Part shown: positions 17,763-35,950 of the stretch, one piece after another
Layout of the letters: every line of letters starts with the position of its first letter
How positions within the stretch are numbered: the first letter of the stretch is position 1
Origin: Salpingoeca rosetta
Taxonomy: Eukaryota; Protista; Choanoflagellata
Assembly: GCA_033442325.1 (NCBI GenBank)
Contig: JAWQFM010000002.1
Coordinates: 2,569,144-2,633,143 of the forward strand
Length of the DNA stretch: 64,000 nt
Direction of reading: 5' to 3'
Translations under genes and position numbers: made by a program
Notes under the pieces: model-generated
The model's database searches: none
The model's input: the letters and a program-made list of their open reading frames with translations, nothing else
Told to the model about the DNA's origin: nothing

Positions 17763-18376
17763 GAGAGCTGCTTGGAAACACGTTGTACTTTTCGTATCGT
17801 ATGTTCGCTGTGTTGTCGTTGTGTGTGTGTGTGTGTGGCGTTCTTGCCTGTATGGCCGTGCGTGTGCGTCTTGCGTCCTGTCCATGTGTGCTGGTGAGTT
17901 TTGTGTGTTGTGATTACCGTGGCGTGCCATCACATGGGTCGAATACAGGCGTGCGTATCATTCTTTCGTGTGAGAATGGCCATCTCAGTGGCACGTGTGG
18001 GTGGTGATGGGAGGAAGGGAAATGGACGAGGTGGACGCATGCTGTTCAGTCTGTGTATGTGTTTGGACGGGTCGTGTATGCATGTGGGTCGTGTGTGCAT
18101 ATGTGTGTGTGTGCATGTTTGCATGTGTGTGTGTGTGTGCATGTGTGTGTGCATGTGTGTGTGTGTGTGTGTGTGTCGCGTTCAGCACGGGTCTATGAAA
18201 GCACAGAGAAGTGTATTGTGGCCCATCCGTTTGTGGCACCATCACACAAACACAGGCACACACGTTCAGACACAGACACACAGAGACACGCGTTCAGACA
18301 CAGACACACAGGTACACACACGTACAGACACAGACACACAAACACAGACACAGACACACAAACACAAGAGTGGGAA

Positions 18377-18815
18377 CTATTTGGAGAGGCGGTTGAAGAT
18401 GGATTTGGCACCACCGCCACTGCCACCAGTCGCACCAGCAGCAGCACCACCACTGTTTCGCTTCTTGCTGTTCTTGTGCCTGGCGTTGTTGTTCTTGCTG
18501 CTGCCGTTCTTCTTCGTCTGAGGTGCGAGCCGGCCCCTGTGACCAGACACAGCAACACACACACACGCACACACGCACGCACACGCACACGCACAAGAAG
18601 TGAGCATCGTTGTCGTGGCTTGGCCTTGTCGTGCATGAGGCGAATAAGTGAGCAACATCAAGCAACACATGCACGCGTATACATACGTGTGCAGTTGCTT
18701 GTCTGAGTCGACGGCATCCATCTGCGCACCAACAGACCCGCGACCCCTGAACACAAACGCACACACATACATGAGGTATGCATGGGTTAATCAACGCAGT
18801 CACGCGTGGGCCATG

Positions 18816-18903
<88 letters not shown>

Positions 18904-19521
18904 GACGTACTGTTGGAGTGACTTTGACACGAGATGCGGGCACTTGCTGCAGCTCATCGTGATCGGCATGCGGCACCGCAGCCTGTGGGTGGTGTGCATG
19001 GACTGCTTGGTCAGGGTGATGGTGTTCTGAGGTGACAGCATACGCGTGCTGCTGTTGCGCGTGCAGCATCTGCGCTTGCGAAGGGTCATACTGGCCATGC
19101 GGCTGCACGTATGACTGCGGCTGCTGTTGCTGCTCTTGCACATACTGCTGGTGGGGCGCATACGTCACGGGTACACCGCCATACACTGGATACTGCGCTT
19201 GCACCATGCCGTGCTGTGCACTTGGAAGGGCTTGGTGGTGCTGCTGGTGCTGCTGGTGATGATGCATGTGTTGTGCTGGTTGGTGCTCCTCATGCTGGTG
19301 CTGTTGATCCTGCTGTTGATCCTGCTGTTGCTGTTGCGTGTCGCTGGCCTCGGGCTGCTGCGATCGCCGTGCCTTTGCACGCTGCTTCTCCTGATACTCA
19401 ATCAACGCCTTTGCCCGCTTCAGGATCCGGATGATGTGACCCATGCTCACAATGCCGAGATCCTATGATGAATTCGTGCGTGCGTGCGTGCGTGCGTGAG
19501 TGAGTATGTATGCGTGCGTGT

Positions 19522-19561
<40 letters not shown>

Positions 19562-19981
19562 GTGTGTGTGTGCGTGTGTGTTCTTCAAAAGCGTATTCTC
19601 AGGGGGCGCGTTCGGCCAACAACCTGGAGGATCTCCTTGTCGAGATCAGCGAGCATATCCGACTTCATGTGGTTGTCATTGAACACCTCCGTGTACGTTT
19701 GCGCCATCTCCTCTGTTGAACGTGCACGCAACACAAGCAAGATGCCATGAGTACACCATATGCACAGAGAGAGAGTGTGTGTGTGTGTGTGAGTGAGGCA
19801 CACACACAGACACAGACACAGACACAGACACACAGACACGCACACATTCATACACACACACACACACACACACACACCCTCTGTTGCACTCGCGAGCGTC
19901 ACCTGGGATGCTGCAGCTCATGAAGAACTTGAGCCAGGAGAAGGTCTTCTTTGGTATGGACGACGACGACGACGACGACAT
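18377..19981 (-). CDS. C19orf47-like protein (N-terminal SAM-like domain, Q/H-rich middle)
   Basis: Spliced FSWLKFFMSCSIP|EEMAQTYTEVFNDNHMKSDMLADLDKEILQ|DLGIVSMGHIIRILKRAK resembles the C19orf47 N-terminus (WIQFF...GIP...Y...F.DN.I...ML.DLNKE...LGV...GDII.ILK.AK). Ends KSIFNRLSK*. Confidence 0.75.
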
Positions 19982-20223
19982 CGTGGCTTCGATCCCTCTC
20001 TCCACTCCAGTGATTCCAGCGTCCACTCAAGAAGCAAGCGAGCCTGTGGTGCAAGTGAGCGAGATGAGTGAGTTGTTGCTTGCTGGTGAAGAAAAACAGC
20101 AACGGCGAAAGCACAAGAAGAAGACCAAGCAGAAGGACAGCAAACATCACACGCACAAGAGGCACACACACACACGCGCGCACACACCCTCGCTGTCTGA
20201 CTCGCTTGCACCGACCGGCAGTG

Positions 20224-24286
<4,063 letters not shown>

Positions 24287-24476
24287 ACTGTGTGTGTGTA
24301 TGTGTGTATGTGTGTATGTGTGTATGTGTGTGTGTGTGTGTGCTTTGGCGGTTGTGTGGGGACTCGTGTTCAATACAACAATACAAAATGTTATGATGTT
24401 CGAAGGGAACAAAACAATAAACCAGGAATAGAAGAAGGGAAGTAAAGGTGTTCAAAACCCCCAATCACATGCACGC

Positions 24477-24518
<42 letters not shown>

Positions 24519-24629
24519 TGCGGATGCTATTGTCAAGAGAGGGAATGGGAAGAATGGGCGGATAAGAAAGAGAGGAAATGTAACGGGGAGTGACAAACGA
24601 CAGACACTCAAGCACAAGTGGCCTCTGGT

Positions 24630-24699
24630 TTACAGGTCTGTCTCAGCCTCCATCTTTGGTGTAAACTGCTTTGTCACACACGCGGCAGGAATCATGCCT

Positions 24700-24770
<71 letters not shown>

Positions 24771-27231
24771 TACTCATGGTGAGTGAAAACAAGGTGACAT
24801 CACTCAACCAAATTTACAAGCAGAAAAGCACAACAACAGCAGCAGACGCACCTCGCTGCCCCGTGATTTCATGCGTGCCAAGGAGAACGTTTGGGTTTCG
24901 CAACGTCTTCACGTCAATAAATACATCGCCCACCTGCACGCACGGATGTGTGCACGGGTGGCGGAAGGGGTTGCGAGAGAGAGAGGCATGACAGTGCACG
25001 TGAGTGTCAGTGTGGTAGGGGGCACACGCAGCGGCACAAAGGCATGGCTGAAGAACAAAACATGGCAGACGCACGAAAATACGCGCACACACACACATGC
25101 ACGATCAGCATTGCACACCTCAAAGGAGAGCTCCGACGGATCCTCTGCTTCGTTGGCCGTGACGGCCATGAATACCTCGCTCTCGCTGTCCGAACCCCAC
25201 GCCCGCTGTGCATATGCACACGCGCACGTGGCCAGAGAAGGAAGTGAGACACATCTGATGGACTTCACACGCTGGCACACACACACACACACATTCACAC
25301 ACACAGACACACAGACACAGACGCACCTTTGCGAGAGGGGATGGCTTGTTCATGCGTGTAGCATTTGGCGCCAACAACCGGCCGGGCACAGGCGATAAGG
25401 GCGACTCTCGCCCCTTCGCCTCCACTGCTGCAACCCCTGATGATGTTGACACTGTTGTAGTTGACGTTGAGAACTGCGTTGGCGGTGCCGGCGGGTGCGT
25501 GGCGGCAGCTGAGGATCCTCGACTGCTGCTGCCACTGCTCGTGTCACGGCTGTTCTTGTTCATAGTCCCTCTCGCGTGTGCTGCTGTTGCAGCTGTTGTT
25601 GCTGCTGTTGTTGTTGCATCATGCACGACGTGTTTCGCAAGATCGTCCTCGCCTTCCTCCTCCGTGCTCTCATCATGCACACCGGCAACAGTATTGAAGC
25701 TCAGAATCGCCGCCATGAGTTGACCTGAAGACAAGACACAGTCGCACAAGTACAGGTAACATGGAAGGGGCGGGGCCAGTGAGTGGTGAGCAAAGGGGGG
25801 GGGGGGGCTTGTTGCGTGCACACGAGGGAAACGAAGAGGTGTGTGTGTGCATATGTGTGCAAGTTCAAACGATTGATCGAGTAAGAGCACGCCCACAACC
25901 ATGAATACTCAACGCTTACCCTCTGGTGTGGACATGTCAGGCACAGGGCTTTGCTCCTCCTCCTCCTCATCGTCATCTCCTGCCTGTTGCCGCTGTTGTT
26001 GATGCTGTTGGTGTTGCTGTTGTTGTCTGATCGCGACCTCGGGAGCGCCCGCAATTTCGAGATATCCGCCGTCCGATGGGGCGCCGTGCTGTTGGTGGTG
26101 AGGGGTGGTGGTGGTGAGGGGTGAATGGAAAAAAGTGTTCAGTTCTGAGGGAAGACATTGAATCCAGACACCATACACACAATCAAACAAAACCACGCAC
26201 TACACACGCACGCACACACACCCGATACACACTCAATACACTCACACACACACGCACGCACAAACACACACACACACACACGCACGCACGCACAAACACA
26301 CGCACACACACACAAACACCACTACCCACTTTGCGGTCGACATGTGGGGAGGGCCTGACGTTGATGCGGCGTGGCGGCGGGCTGTCTGTAAACTCCACCT
26401 GCTGTGGCGCGGTGCTCTCCCCTGCAACTGTCCTCAGCACCTTTGGTGTGAACGAGATGGTGGCGGGGGCACGCGGGTTTGCTTCCGTCGCGTCCGTTCC
26501 CGATTTACCCTCGACAACAGCAGGCTGCAGAGCAATGGAGGTGGTGCGGGAATGAGCGAGTGTGTGTGAGTGTGTGAGTATGTGAGTGAGTGAGTGAGTA
26601 TGTGAGTGAGTGAGTGAGTGAGTGAGTATGCGAGTGAGCGAGTGATATTGTGTGTGTGTGTGATTGTGTGTGTGTGTGAGTGAGGGCAAGTGTGTGTGTG
26701 TGTCTCTTGAGTGTTGCGGAAGGTTTCAAGCAGCATACATGCAGCCACGGTCACGACACGGCCGCTGCACTGCACTTTCTTCACCTGTTTCGTGGATGCG
26801 ACGCGCCCACCAGCGGCAACATGATGACGGGCAGCACCATCATCGTTGTGGTCGTCGTCGTCGTCGTGATCGTCGTCGTTGAGGATAACACCACCTCGCC
26901 TGCTGGCACCAGCACCAACATCAGCGCTTGCAGCTGTGCTTGCGCTTGCAGTGCTGCTTCCTAGCGAGAGCGTGGTTGCTGTGGTGACGGTTGACAGGGA
27001 GGTGGTTGCGATGGGAGGGGCGCCTGACGACGAAGACGCGGACTGCGCATGCGTTGGATCGAACTGAAGCGCAGAGGAGATGGCCCCACGGTTCACACTC
27101 ATCCTGCTCTCGTCATTGTCATACGACATTGTGTGGCGCTGTGGGTGGTTGTGGTGGTTGTGGGGGTGGTGAGTGTGAGAGTGAGAGTGTGTGCACATGG
27201 TCGCAATTGTGCGCGCGAGTGTGTGTGTTTG

Positions 27232-27291
<60 letters not shown>

Positions 27292-29393
27292 CCTGTGTGG
27301 TGTGTTGGAAAGCACAATCCATTACACGTGTGGTCAAGCAATAACGCGCACCCACCTTGGAGAAGAGGGATGACAGCCTGTTTCTTGCTGTGCGCAGCTT
27401 CGATCGGTTCTTGCGCAACTGCACCCCACTCTCCTGCTCGCAAGGCATGTACATGGATGGTATTGAGGTGATGGGTGAACAGACAGGGAAGCATACCGCG
27501 AATACACGTTGTTGACGTGCACAACACAACAAAACTATGCAGGCACATGGTATTGTTCATCCATGGCCCAACATACACACACGCGCGCGAACACACACGC
27601 ACACATGCACACGCACGCCTTCGTCTTCGCTGGTAGTTTGTTCGCTGTCACTGCTCGACTTGACGTGCTGACTCCGGCGTGCAAACGACATTGAAACGGC
27701 CCGACGCGATCGCTGTTTCGCAGACTGGAGGTGATGCACACACACGTGCACACACAGACACACGTGCACGCAGAGACACACGTGCACGCAGAGACACACG
27801 TGCACGCAGAGACACACGTGCACGCAGAGACACACGCACAGCCGCACACACACACACACACACACACAAGCGCACAGACGCACAGAAGAATAAATGGTGA
27901 GATGCACGTGCCGGGGAGGGGGTGTGGAGTGAAAGTCTCAGCGAAAGTCAGGCAGTGCTGAATCAATCAAAGCCACACACACACACACACACACACACGA
28001 AAATTCACTCTCGCACGAAAATACACACACACGCGTGGGCTCTCTGCGTGTAATTGCACACGCGCAACACTCACGTTATCGCGCAGCACGACGCCCTCCT
28101 TGGTGGCCATGTCGGCGAGGGAGATGGACCCGTCCTGGTCCCAGCCAATGTCGTTGATGCTTGGCCGACGCTGGTCGCTTCTAACAAGAGTAGTTGTGGG
28201 GAGGGTGTTGAGTGGTGTGTGACGTGACGAGTGGCGTGATAACTGAAGAACTGGCAATCGTAGACCTCGCACATTTGTATCCACACAAGCGCACACATTC
28301 ACATGCACACATTCACATGATACCCACGTCCCCACCTTCGAACGCTGCCTGGCATGAGTTTGCGTGAGAGCGTGGAGATGCCACGAACTGTCGCCTTCCG
28401 AAGTGCGCGCGGCGCTTTGAGCGCAAGCGAGCGCTGACTCGAGCCCTGTGGCAACGCAGAGGGTGACGAGGTGTGGTGTGGTGTCAGTTGGTGGTGAATG
28501 GTGGGATGAACAGGCCACGGTGGCGTGAACAGGGCGGGTGTGATCAGAGGGGGCACTCACATCCATGTCGATGACTTGGATGCCTTGCTCCATGTATCGT
28601 GTGACGCGCGCCAGGTGCTCTCGCGCCTAATCAACGGCGTGTGGGTGGTGGGGCGCACATAACAATGAGGTGATCGTGGGGGTGGTCGTGAGTTTGCGCG
28701 TGACATCACACTTCAAGCAGGCACACACGTACACACACACATGTACACACACACACACACGTACACACACACACATGCACACACACGCACGCACAAACAC
28801 ACACGCGCGCACACACGCACAAACACACACACACACCTGCATTTCGCCAACTTTGTCCTCAAGCGCTTGTGAGAGGGAAATGTTCTGCTGGTAGTGCTCA
28901 GCAGCCTTGGGAAACCATCACAAGAACGCATACACATGTAGGCACACAAGTACATGCACAAGCGCGCAGTGAGCGAATGCAACAGGGCCATAAAGAGGGC
29001 TTCATCTCCACGAACACACACAAACACACACAAACACACACACACACAAACACACATACACACACACAACCTCTCTCTCTCTCTCTGCCTCTCCTCACAT
29101 ACTCCCTCGAATCAGTCACCTTGGTGTAGTTGCGCCTGTGTTCGTACATGGCTGCAATGTTTCCGTGTGCGCCCGCCAGCCCGCTCTTGTTGTCCAGCTC
29201 CTCCATGAGTTCCAAGTGCCGCGCATGGTGCTGCAATGCGTGCTCGTAGTCGCCAAACGCCTGGTATGCGCTGCCCAGGTTGCTGTGCGTGATGGCCTCG
29301 CTCTGCTTGTCCCCGAGCTTGCGAGCAACTTCAAGGTCCAGGTCGTAATATCGGATTGCCTGAGTGTGTTTGTGTGTTTGTGTGTGTGTGTGT

Positions 29394-29434
<41 letters not shown>

Positions 29435-29772
29435 AAAGGAAGGAAGCGCAAGAAGTCAAGGTCATTGCTGACATGCACACAGTGCAATTCAATTCGAAAA
29501 TGACACGTGCAAACACCATGATGCTGTTGATGTGAACACATGTTATCCGTGACCACCACCAATGAAGCCATGTGCTACAGCTCACCTCCTGGAATCGTCC
29601 CTGCATGCGGCGAACGTTTCCAAGACTGTTGTACGCGCGCGACTGTCCAGCTAAGTCGTTGTACTGCAGCAGGGGTTGGGATGGCGGTGATCGTGGTGAA
29701 TAAAGAAGCAGGAAAAAGAAAATGAGCGAGCCAACACAACACGTGCACGCAGACACAGCGCACATGCACGCA

Positions 29773-29839
<67 letters not shown>

Positions 29840-30441
29840 GCACGCACGCACGCACGCACGCACGTGCACACAGCGAGTGAGACGGACAACCACAGGCCAT
29901 TTCCTTGCCTCAGTCTCACCTTGATTGCAATGTTGAGTTTCTTCTCATACAATCTAAACGCAGACTCAAGGTCCTTGACACGTTCATACGTGCTGGCTAA
30001 ATGCCCACACGCACGCCCCAACCCGCTAGGATCCAGCTCTTTGTTCTTCCTCCCAAACGTCTGTGACAACACGTGGACGAAAAAAAAACGGTCAGCCAGC
30101 AATGTGCAGAACATCACACATGCATCAGACAAGAGACTGGCACAAATAAGCGCGCTCACACAAGCATGCATTGAACACTGAAATCAATGCACATAAACAC
30201 AATCACCAACACCACACAACGCACATGTATACACGCACGTACATGTACACACACAACACACACACACACACACACACACAAACAAACATACACACAATCA
30301 CGTGCATGAGACCTTGCGATAGTATTTGACGGCGCTGTTGAAGGCGTTGTGGTCCCTCGGCTCTGTGAGCCGCCCCATGCTCTCCTCAAGCCCGCACGCA
30401 TTGCCAAGCATGTGGTACACGTTGCCTGCAGCGAAAGGAGA

Positions 30442-30510
<69 letters not shown>

Positions 30511-30893
30511 GGGGAGGGGTGTAGATGGTTGGTGATGACAGGATGTTGCGGCACAGGAAGAAGGAAAGACACAATCACACACGCACATGCGCGCGTATGC
30601 ATGCACGCACGAATAGACACACACACACACGCCACTGCTGCGCGTACCGATGCTGTCGAGGGCGCGTGCCTGTGCCGCCGAGTCACCGCAGGACTTGGCA
30701 ATGCGAAGACTACGCTGGTAGCACTCCGACGCCTTCTCAAGATCGCCCATCCCTTTGTACGTGTTGCCCAGGTGCGCATACGTCTTTGCCTGGTGGTGGT
30801 GGTGGTGGTGGTGGCAGTGCACGGGATCGTGTGAACGGTTGCGAGCACAGCAACATGTACACAACAAACTGCAATTGTTTCAGGCATAGAGAG

Positions 30894-30958
<65 letters not shown>

Positions 30959-31688
30959 TAGAGAGACAGATAGAGAGACAGACAGAGAGGTACCTGCACA
31001 CATGCGCACGCACGCACCCCCCCCCCCACAAGCGTGAATACCCACACGCATACACGGCCAGATGCGCACGCACCTCGCTGCGTTTGTTTGCCATGTTTCT
31101 GTGGCTGAGGAGCTCCTGCTTGTGGAAGCGCAGGGCCTGGCGATAATCCTTTTTCGCATAGTAGCACAGCGCCAGCTGCACCAGGGCATTGGCCCAAGCA
31201 AGTGCACGTGTGATGGGAGATGAGCTGGTGAGATCAAGTGCAAAGTATGGAGGGAGGAAGGGTGGAGGGCACACATGCACACACGCAGAGGAAGAGGAAC
31301 AGAGATACCGCATACACAGAGACACAGATACACAGATACACATGCACATTCACTCAGATTCACACACACACATGCATACACAGAGACGCATGCGCTACCT
31401 GTGAGACTGCTGCGGCAAAGGCCTCCTCCATGTCGGTGCCCATCTTGATGGCGCGGAGAAACAGCTGAATGGCACGGTCGTAGTCGCCCTTTGCAGCCTG
31501 CTCCTCGCCGGCAATGGCATATGTCATGAACGTGGGCTTGCGGCGCTTGGATTTGGACCGCTTCGACGCGCGGCTGCGGCGCCCACTTGATTGCCCGTGG
31601 CCATCGTCCCCTTTGCTTTCTCCATCATCACTCTTGTCTTTCGGTGATGACACGGCATCCGTTGGCGACAGTGTGTTTGACACATTAG

Positions 31689-31719
<31 letters not shown>

Positions 31720-32157
31720 CTGTTGCTGCTGCTGCTGCTCGCGGCGTGGTGTGGCGCCGTCGGCAACCCGAACCACGACCTCGCTTGTGGCGCTGCTGGC
31801 TGCGTGAGCTGTGCCATTTGGTGTGCGCGTTGTGTCGCTTGCAGACCCTTCACCTCTCGCTGAGGTGGATGCGGGTGGCGTCGCTGTTGTCGTTATCGCT
31901 GGTGCTGAGGATGAGAAAGCGTTTGGGGGCGGCACCCACGACGCATCAAAGGGGTTAGTGCTTGTCTTGGAAGCTGACTGTTGTTGCTGTGGCTTCATTG
32001 ACGTTGGTGGTGGTGCTGGGGATGATGCTGACGTTGAGTGGGCGTCTTGATGCTGCGGTTGTGATTGTTGTGAAGCACGTGCCGCTTCTGATGTGCTGTT
32101 GTTGTTCTTGTTGTTCTTGTTGGCTTCTGTTGCCTCGTGTGGATCACTCGGGTCCAT
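24630..32157 (-). CDS. Pins/LGN/AGS3 (GPSM1/2)-type 8-TPR protein with a long disordered region and a C-terminal degenerate SH3; no GoLoco motifs seen
   Basis: TPR array colinear with LGN: [28 protein letters not shown]...AVSQLALCYY...HLGNTYK...[12 protein letters not shown](insert)[10 protein letters not shown]...RAYNSLGN...HSNLGSAY...DKVGEMQAREHL. C-terminal [19 protein letters not shown]|VGDVF...[11 protein letters not shown]|GMIPAACV. Stop at 24630-24632. Confidence 0.85.
27761..27832. repeat. 18-bp tandem repeat (CACGTGCACGCAGAGACA)x4 in an intron
   Basis: Four exact copies, preceded by one degenerate copy. Confidence 0.9.
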
Positions 32158-32662
32158 GGCTGGCCTGGCGTGTGTTGGTTGGCTGCCCTCCGCACGCTTT
32201 CACGTCGTCGTTGAAAGCTGTCGTGGTGATGAGGGGGTCAAGGGGACAACAGCAGCCAGCACCAGCGAACAAGCAAGCAAGCGCACCACCCACTCGCACT
32301 CTCGCTTTCAGTTGTGGGTTTTGCGAATTGCACGCCTGGATGACGCAAATTGCAACGCAACAACTGAATTCAGTGGTGCCAAGAAAAGGCCAAAGCAAGA
32401 AGCGCAAGCATTCCCCGTCATCATTTCACACACACGAACACAAACAAAAACCAGCAGCTGCAGAAGTGTGCCAGCCAGCGCATGATCGATCAACCAACCC
32501 GCACGGAACGAACACCGCACACTCAGGCGTGAGCGGCTCGACTGCTCAAAAACCCACACTCCACAGTAAGCACACAGCAACAGCAAGCACACAGCGAAGA
32601 CACACGCACGCGCGTCCATTTTCCCACACAACACCCCCCCCCACACACACACACACACCATC

Positions 32663-33377
32663 ATGGCGGACGAAGAGCCAGCCTCCTTGTCGTCCTCGGC
32701 GTCCACGGCCACGGCCAACACCACCACGTCCAGCAACAGCAGCGGCAGCGATGAAGCGCATGCAAGTGCACCACCAGCACACGCCCTCGATCCTGTGATG
32801 GACGTGGATGATCACGGGGAGAACGACGACGACGACGTCGATGTCGATGATGTTGACGACGATGAGCCACAGCAAGATGCAGGTGACAACACACCAAGTG
32901 GTCGCGGTGCTTCGCCCAAGGACGACGACGATGATCTCCTGGACATTGACGACGACCCCAACGACAACGCCGTCATTCATGAAAGCGACGCGGATGACGG
33001 GTTTGTGGAGGTGCGCCACGGGGGCGACAGAACAGGCCAGCGGCGCGGCGGCTCATCGCAGTCCCCGTCCCCTGTTGATGCATCGCCACGCGCCGTGTCA
33101 CCCGAGACTGCACCCGGCCACACCCAGCTCTCCACGTCGGAGGCGGTGAAGCGTGTGTCGGGCGCTGCCGTCAAATACGTCACATCCTGGCAGGAGTTTG
33201 TGGTGGATGTGGTGTCCGAGATGAAGAATCCAACGCGCCCCATCACACAGGAGGTCTGCGCATATTTCACACCCATGTCGCAGTGTTGGGAATGCGAGAT
33301 GCGTGTGGCAGCCGCTGATAAGCCGTCAAGCCCCGAGTGCTGTTGGCTGTGAATGCTGCACATGACACACATGTCAT

Positions 33378-33469
<92 letters not shown>

Positions 33470-34988
33470 CACACAAACACTCTCACATTCATGATTGCGT
33501 GTGTGTGTGTGTGCGTGCACCCAGGTTGAGGACGATGGCGCTGCTCTGAACCGGCATCTGCTGGTGCGCAACTTCAAGCGCCTCAAACGTGCACTCCAAC
33601 CCGCCATCGACGGCCACCACGCTGTCCTGCGCATCATGCACTGGGAGAACCCCTACCAGAGTGCAGCGGCGCTCACCGTGTACTCCGTCTGCGCCTACTA
33701 CAACATGCTGCTGCCTGTCATGCTTGCTGGCCTGCTGAGCTTCCTTGGCGTGCACTATCTCCGCCACCAGCGGCAGCCGCACCGCACTCCTGCCGTTGAG
33801 AACGACGACGATGACAGGTCCCTGATCGAAAAGGCCCGCGCAGTCAAGGAGGTGCGTGTGTGTATGTGTGCATGTGTGTGTGTGTGCGTGTGTGTGTGTG
33901 TGTGTGGTGGAAAGGGATGCATGTATGCTTTCTTTTCATTCTCGTGAGCGTGCTTGTTCGTCATTTGTTGCGTTTGAATGCCACCGTGCGCAGAACCACA
34001 CTGTTGGTTCGCGTGCCCACGGACTCACATGCTCGTGTGCCCACGTTTGCGTGCAGATTATGCGACGTGTGCAGAATGGGGTGGGCAAGGCCGCCGACCA
34101 CATTGAGAAGATCCACAATCTCTTGCTGTGGCGCGCACCCGAGCAGTCCTTGAAGCTCTTCATTGGCGTCCTGGCCGCGTTTCTCCTCACCTTCTTCACC
34201 CCACAGTGGTTCTGGCTCACCCTCCTCAAGGTTGCACACGCTGTGTGTCTGTGTGTCTGTGTGTGTCTGTGTGTGACGAACAGCCTGTTGTTGGTGCTGC
34301 TGCTCCTGTTATGCTCTCGTTTTCGCTCCTGTTGCTGCTGTTACTGCTGTTGCTCCTGTTGCTGTTGTTACTGCTGTTGCTGTTGTGCCACCCTTTCCTA
34401 TGGTCGTGGTGCTTCACACAACACCATGTGCTTCCCCCGCACCGCTGCTTCAGATTGTGATTGGCGTGCGCTTCCTGGTGCAGCCTGGCCTCTACCACAA
34501 CTACCCGCGCCTGCGCGAGAAGTACGACTCCAACAAGTTCATTGACAAGCTGCCCACCAACGTCCAGGCAGAGCGCCGAGCTCGCACCGCCGCCGCCGCC
34601 GCCGCTTCTGCTGCTGCTGCCAGTGACCGCGACCGTATTGGTGATGGCGATGGGGGTGGTCAGGGGTCGTCTGGCCGCTCGTTTTCGCCGCGCCGCCCTC
34701 GCTTCCGTGGACGTCCACAGCACACCGCATCACCGAGCCCACTTCGAGACGGCAGCAGCAGCAGCGGCGGCGGTGGTGCCAATGGCAACAGCGCTGGTGC
34801 TGCTCGTGGGTCATCACAGCACGACGATGAAGGGCGCACTCGGAGTGAAAGCCTGCGGAAAACGCAGGAGCGCTCGGAAGGCGATGTCCTGTGCGATTTG
34901 GGCGTCCCGCTCTCGTGAGTCGTGACTCGAATGTGTGTGTGTGTGTGTGTGTGTGTGCGTGCGTGCGTGTGTGTGTGCGTGTGTGCGT

Positions 34989-35062
<74 letters not shown>

Positions 35063-35795
35063 ACGATCAATCGGCCCGTATCGTTGCCTACCTGTCTGTC
35101 TGCTTTCCCGCCTGCTTCCTCACCCGTCGTCTACATCACCCGAATTCCGTCGTCTGCGTGTGCACGTGCGTGCGTTTGTGGCGCAGGGAGCAAATCATCG
35201 AGACGAACCAGTGCTTCTACATGCCGGACCGCCGGCTCACGAATCTCCGCCGTGGTCGCCTCTGGGTCACAGACACATTCTTCTGCTTCATGCCAAACAG
35301 CAAGGATGACAGGTATGCACACCCGCTGCTGGCGTTTTTTTTTTTTTTTAAGGGGTGGGGGGTGGGGTCGGGGTGTTGAGTTGCCTTGGGCTGAAGGTTT
35401 TGATGTGTGCTGTGCGACACAAATGCGATGTGTTTTGCGAAGGACACCGCACACGTGCGCATGCACATGCTCACTCACCTCCTACACACCCTCATACACG
35501 CTCTCACGCGCATTCACACACACACACACACTCTCTCTCTCTCTCTCACGCATGCACACATATGAGCAGCAAGTTCTGCTTCCACCTGAGCCGTCTGATG
35601 AAGCTTGAGCGGACAGGAAAGGTTCTTGGCAGCCGCGGCTTGATGGTTCAACTCACGTTCAAGGAGGTCACGGGCGCACCTGTTGTGAAGACGCTGAGTG
35701 GCATCCTGAATCCAACTGCTCTCATCAATGCAATCTCAAAACAGCAGCGGCTTGTTGCTGAGCGCACACAGGGCACCGCGCTCGCGCCATCTTGA
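32663..35795 (+). CDS. GRAMD4: GRAM domain-containing protein 4-like membrane protein
   Basis: Acidic N-terminus; LVRNFKRLKR...MHWENPYQSAAALTVY; VQNGVGKAADHIEKIHNLLLWRAPE..KLF; YPRLREKYD...KLPT; C-terminal GRAM domain (RRGRLWVTDTFFCF). Confidence 0.85.
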
Positions 35796-35805
35796 ATGCA
35801 GGGTG

Positions 35806-35950
35806 ATTGTTGGTGGTTCGTGGCTGTTCCGTGGTTGTTCGTGGTGCTGTGTTGCCGGTTGTTCGTGATTGCTTGTGGCTGTTCTTCGTGGTTGTTCGGT
35901 AGTTGTTCGTGGCTGTTCCGTGATTGTTCGTGGTTTGTCGTCGTGGTGTG
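35806..35950. repeat. Degenerate (GTTGTTCGTG)-like minisatellite just downstream of the GRAMD4 stop
   Basis: Repeated gttcgtg/gttgttc units are visible. Confidence 0.7.
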
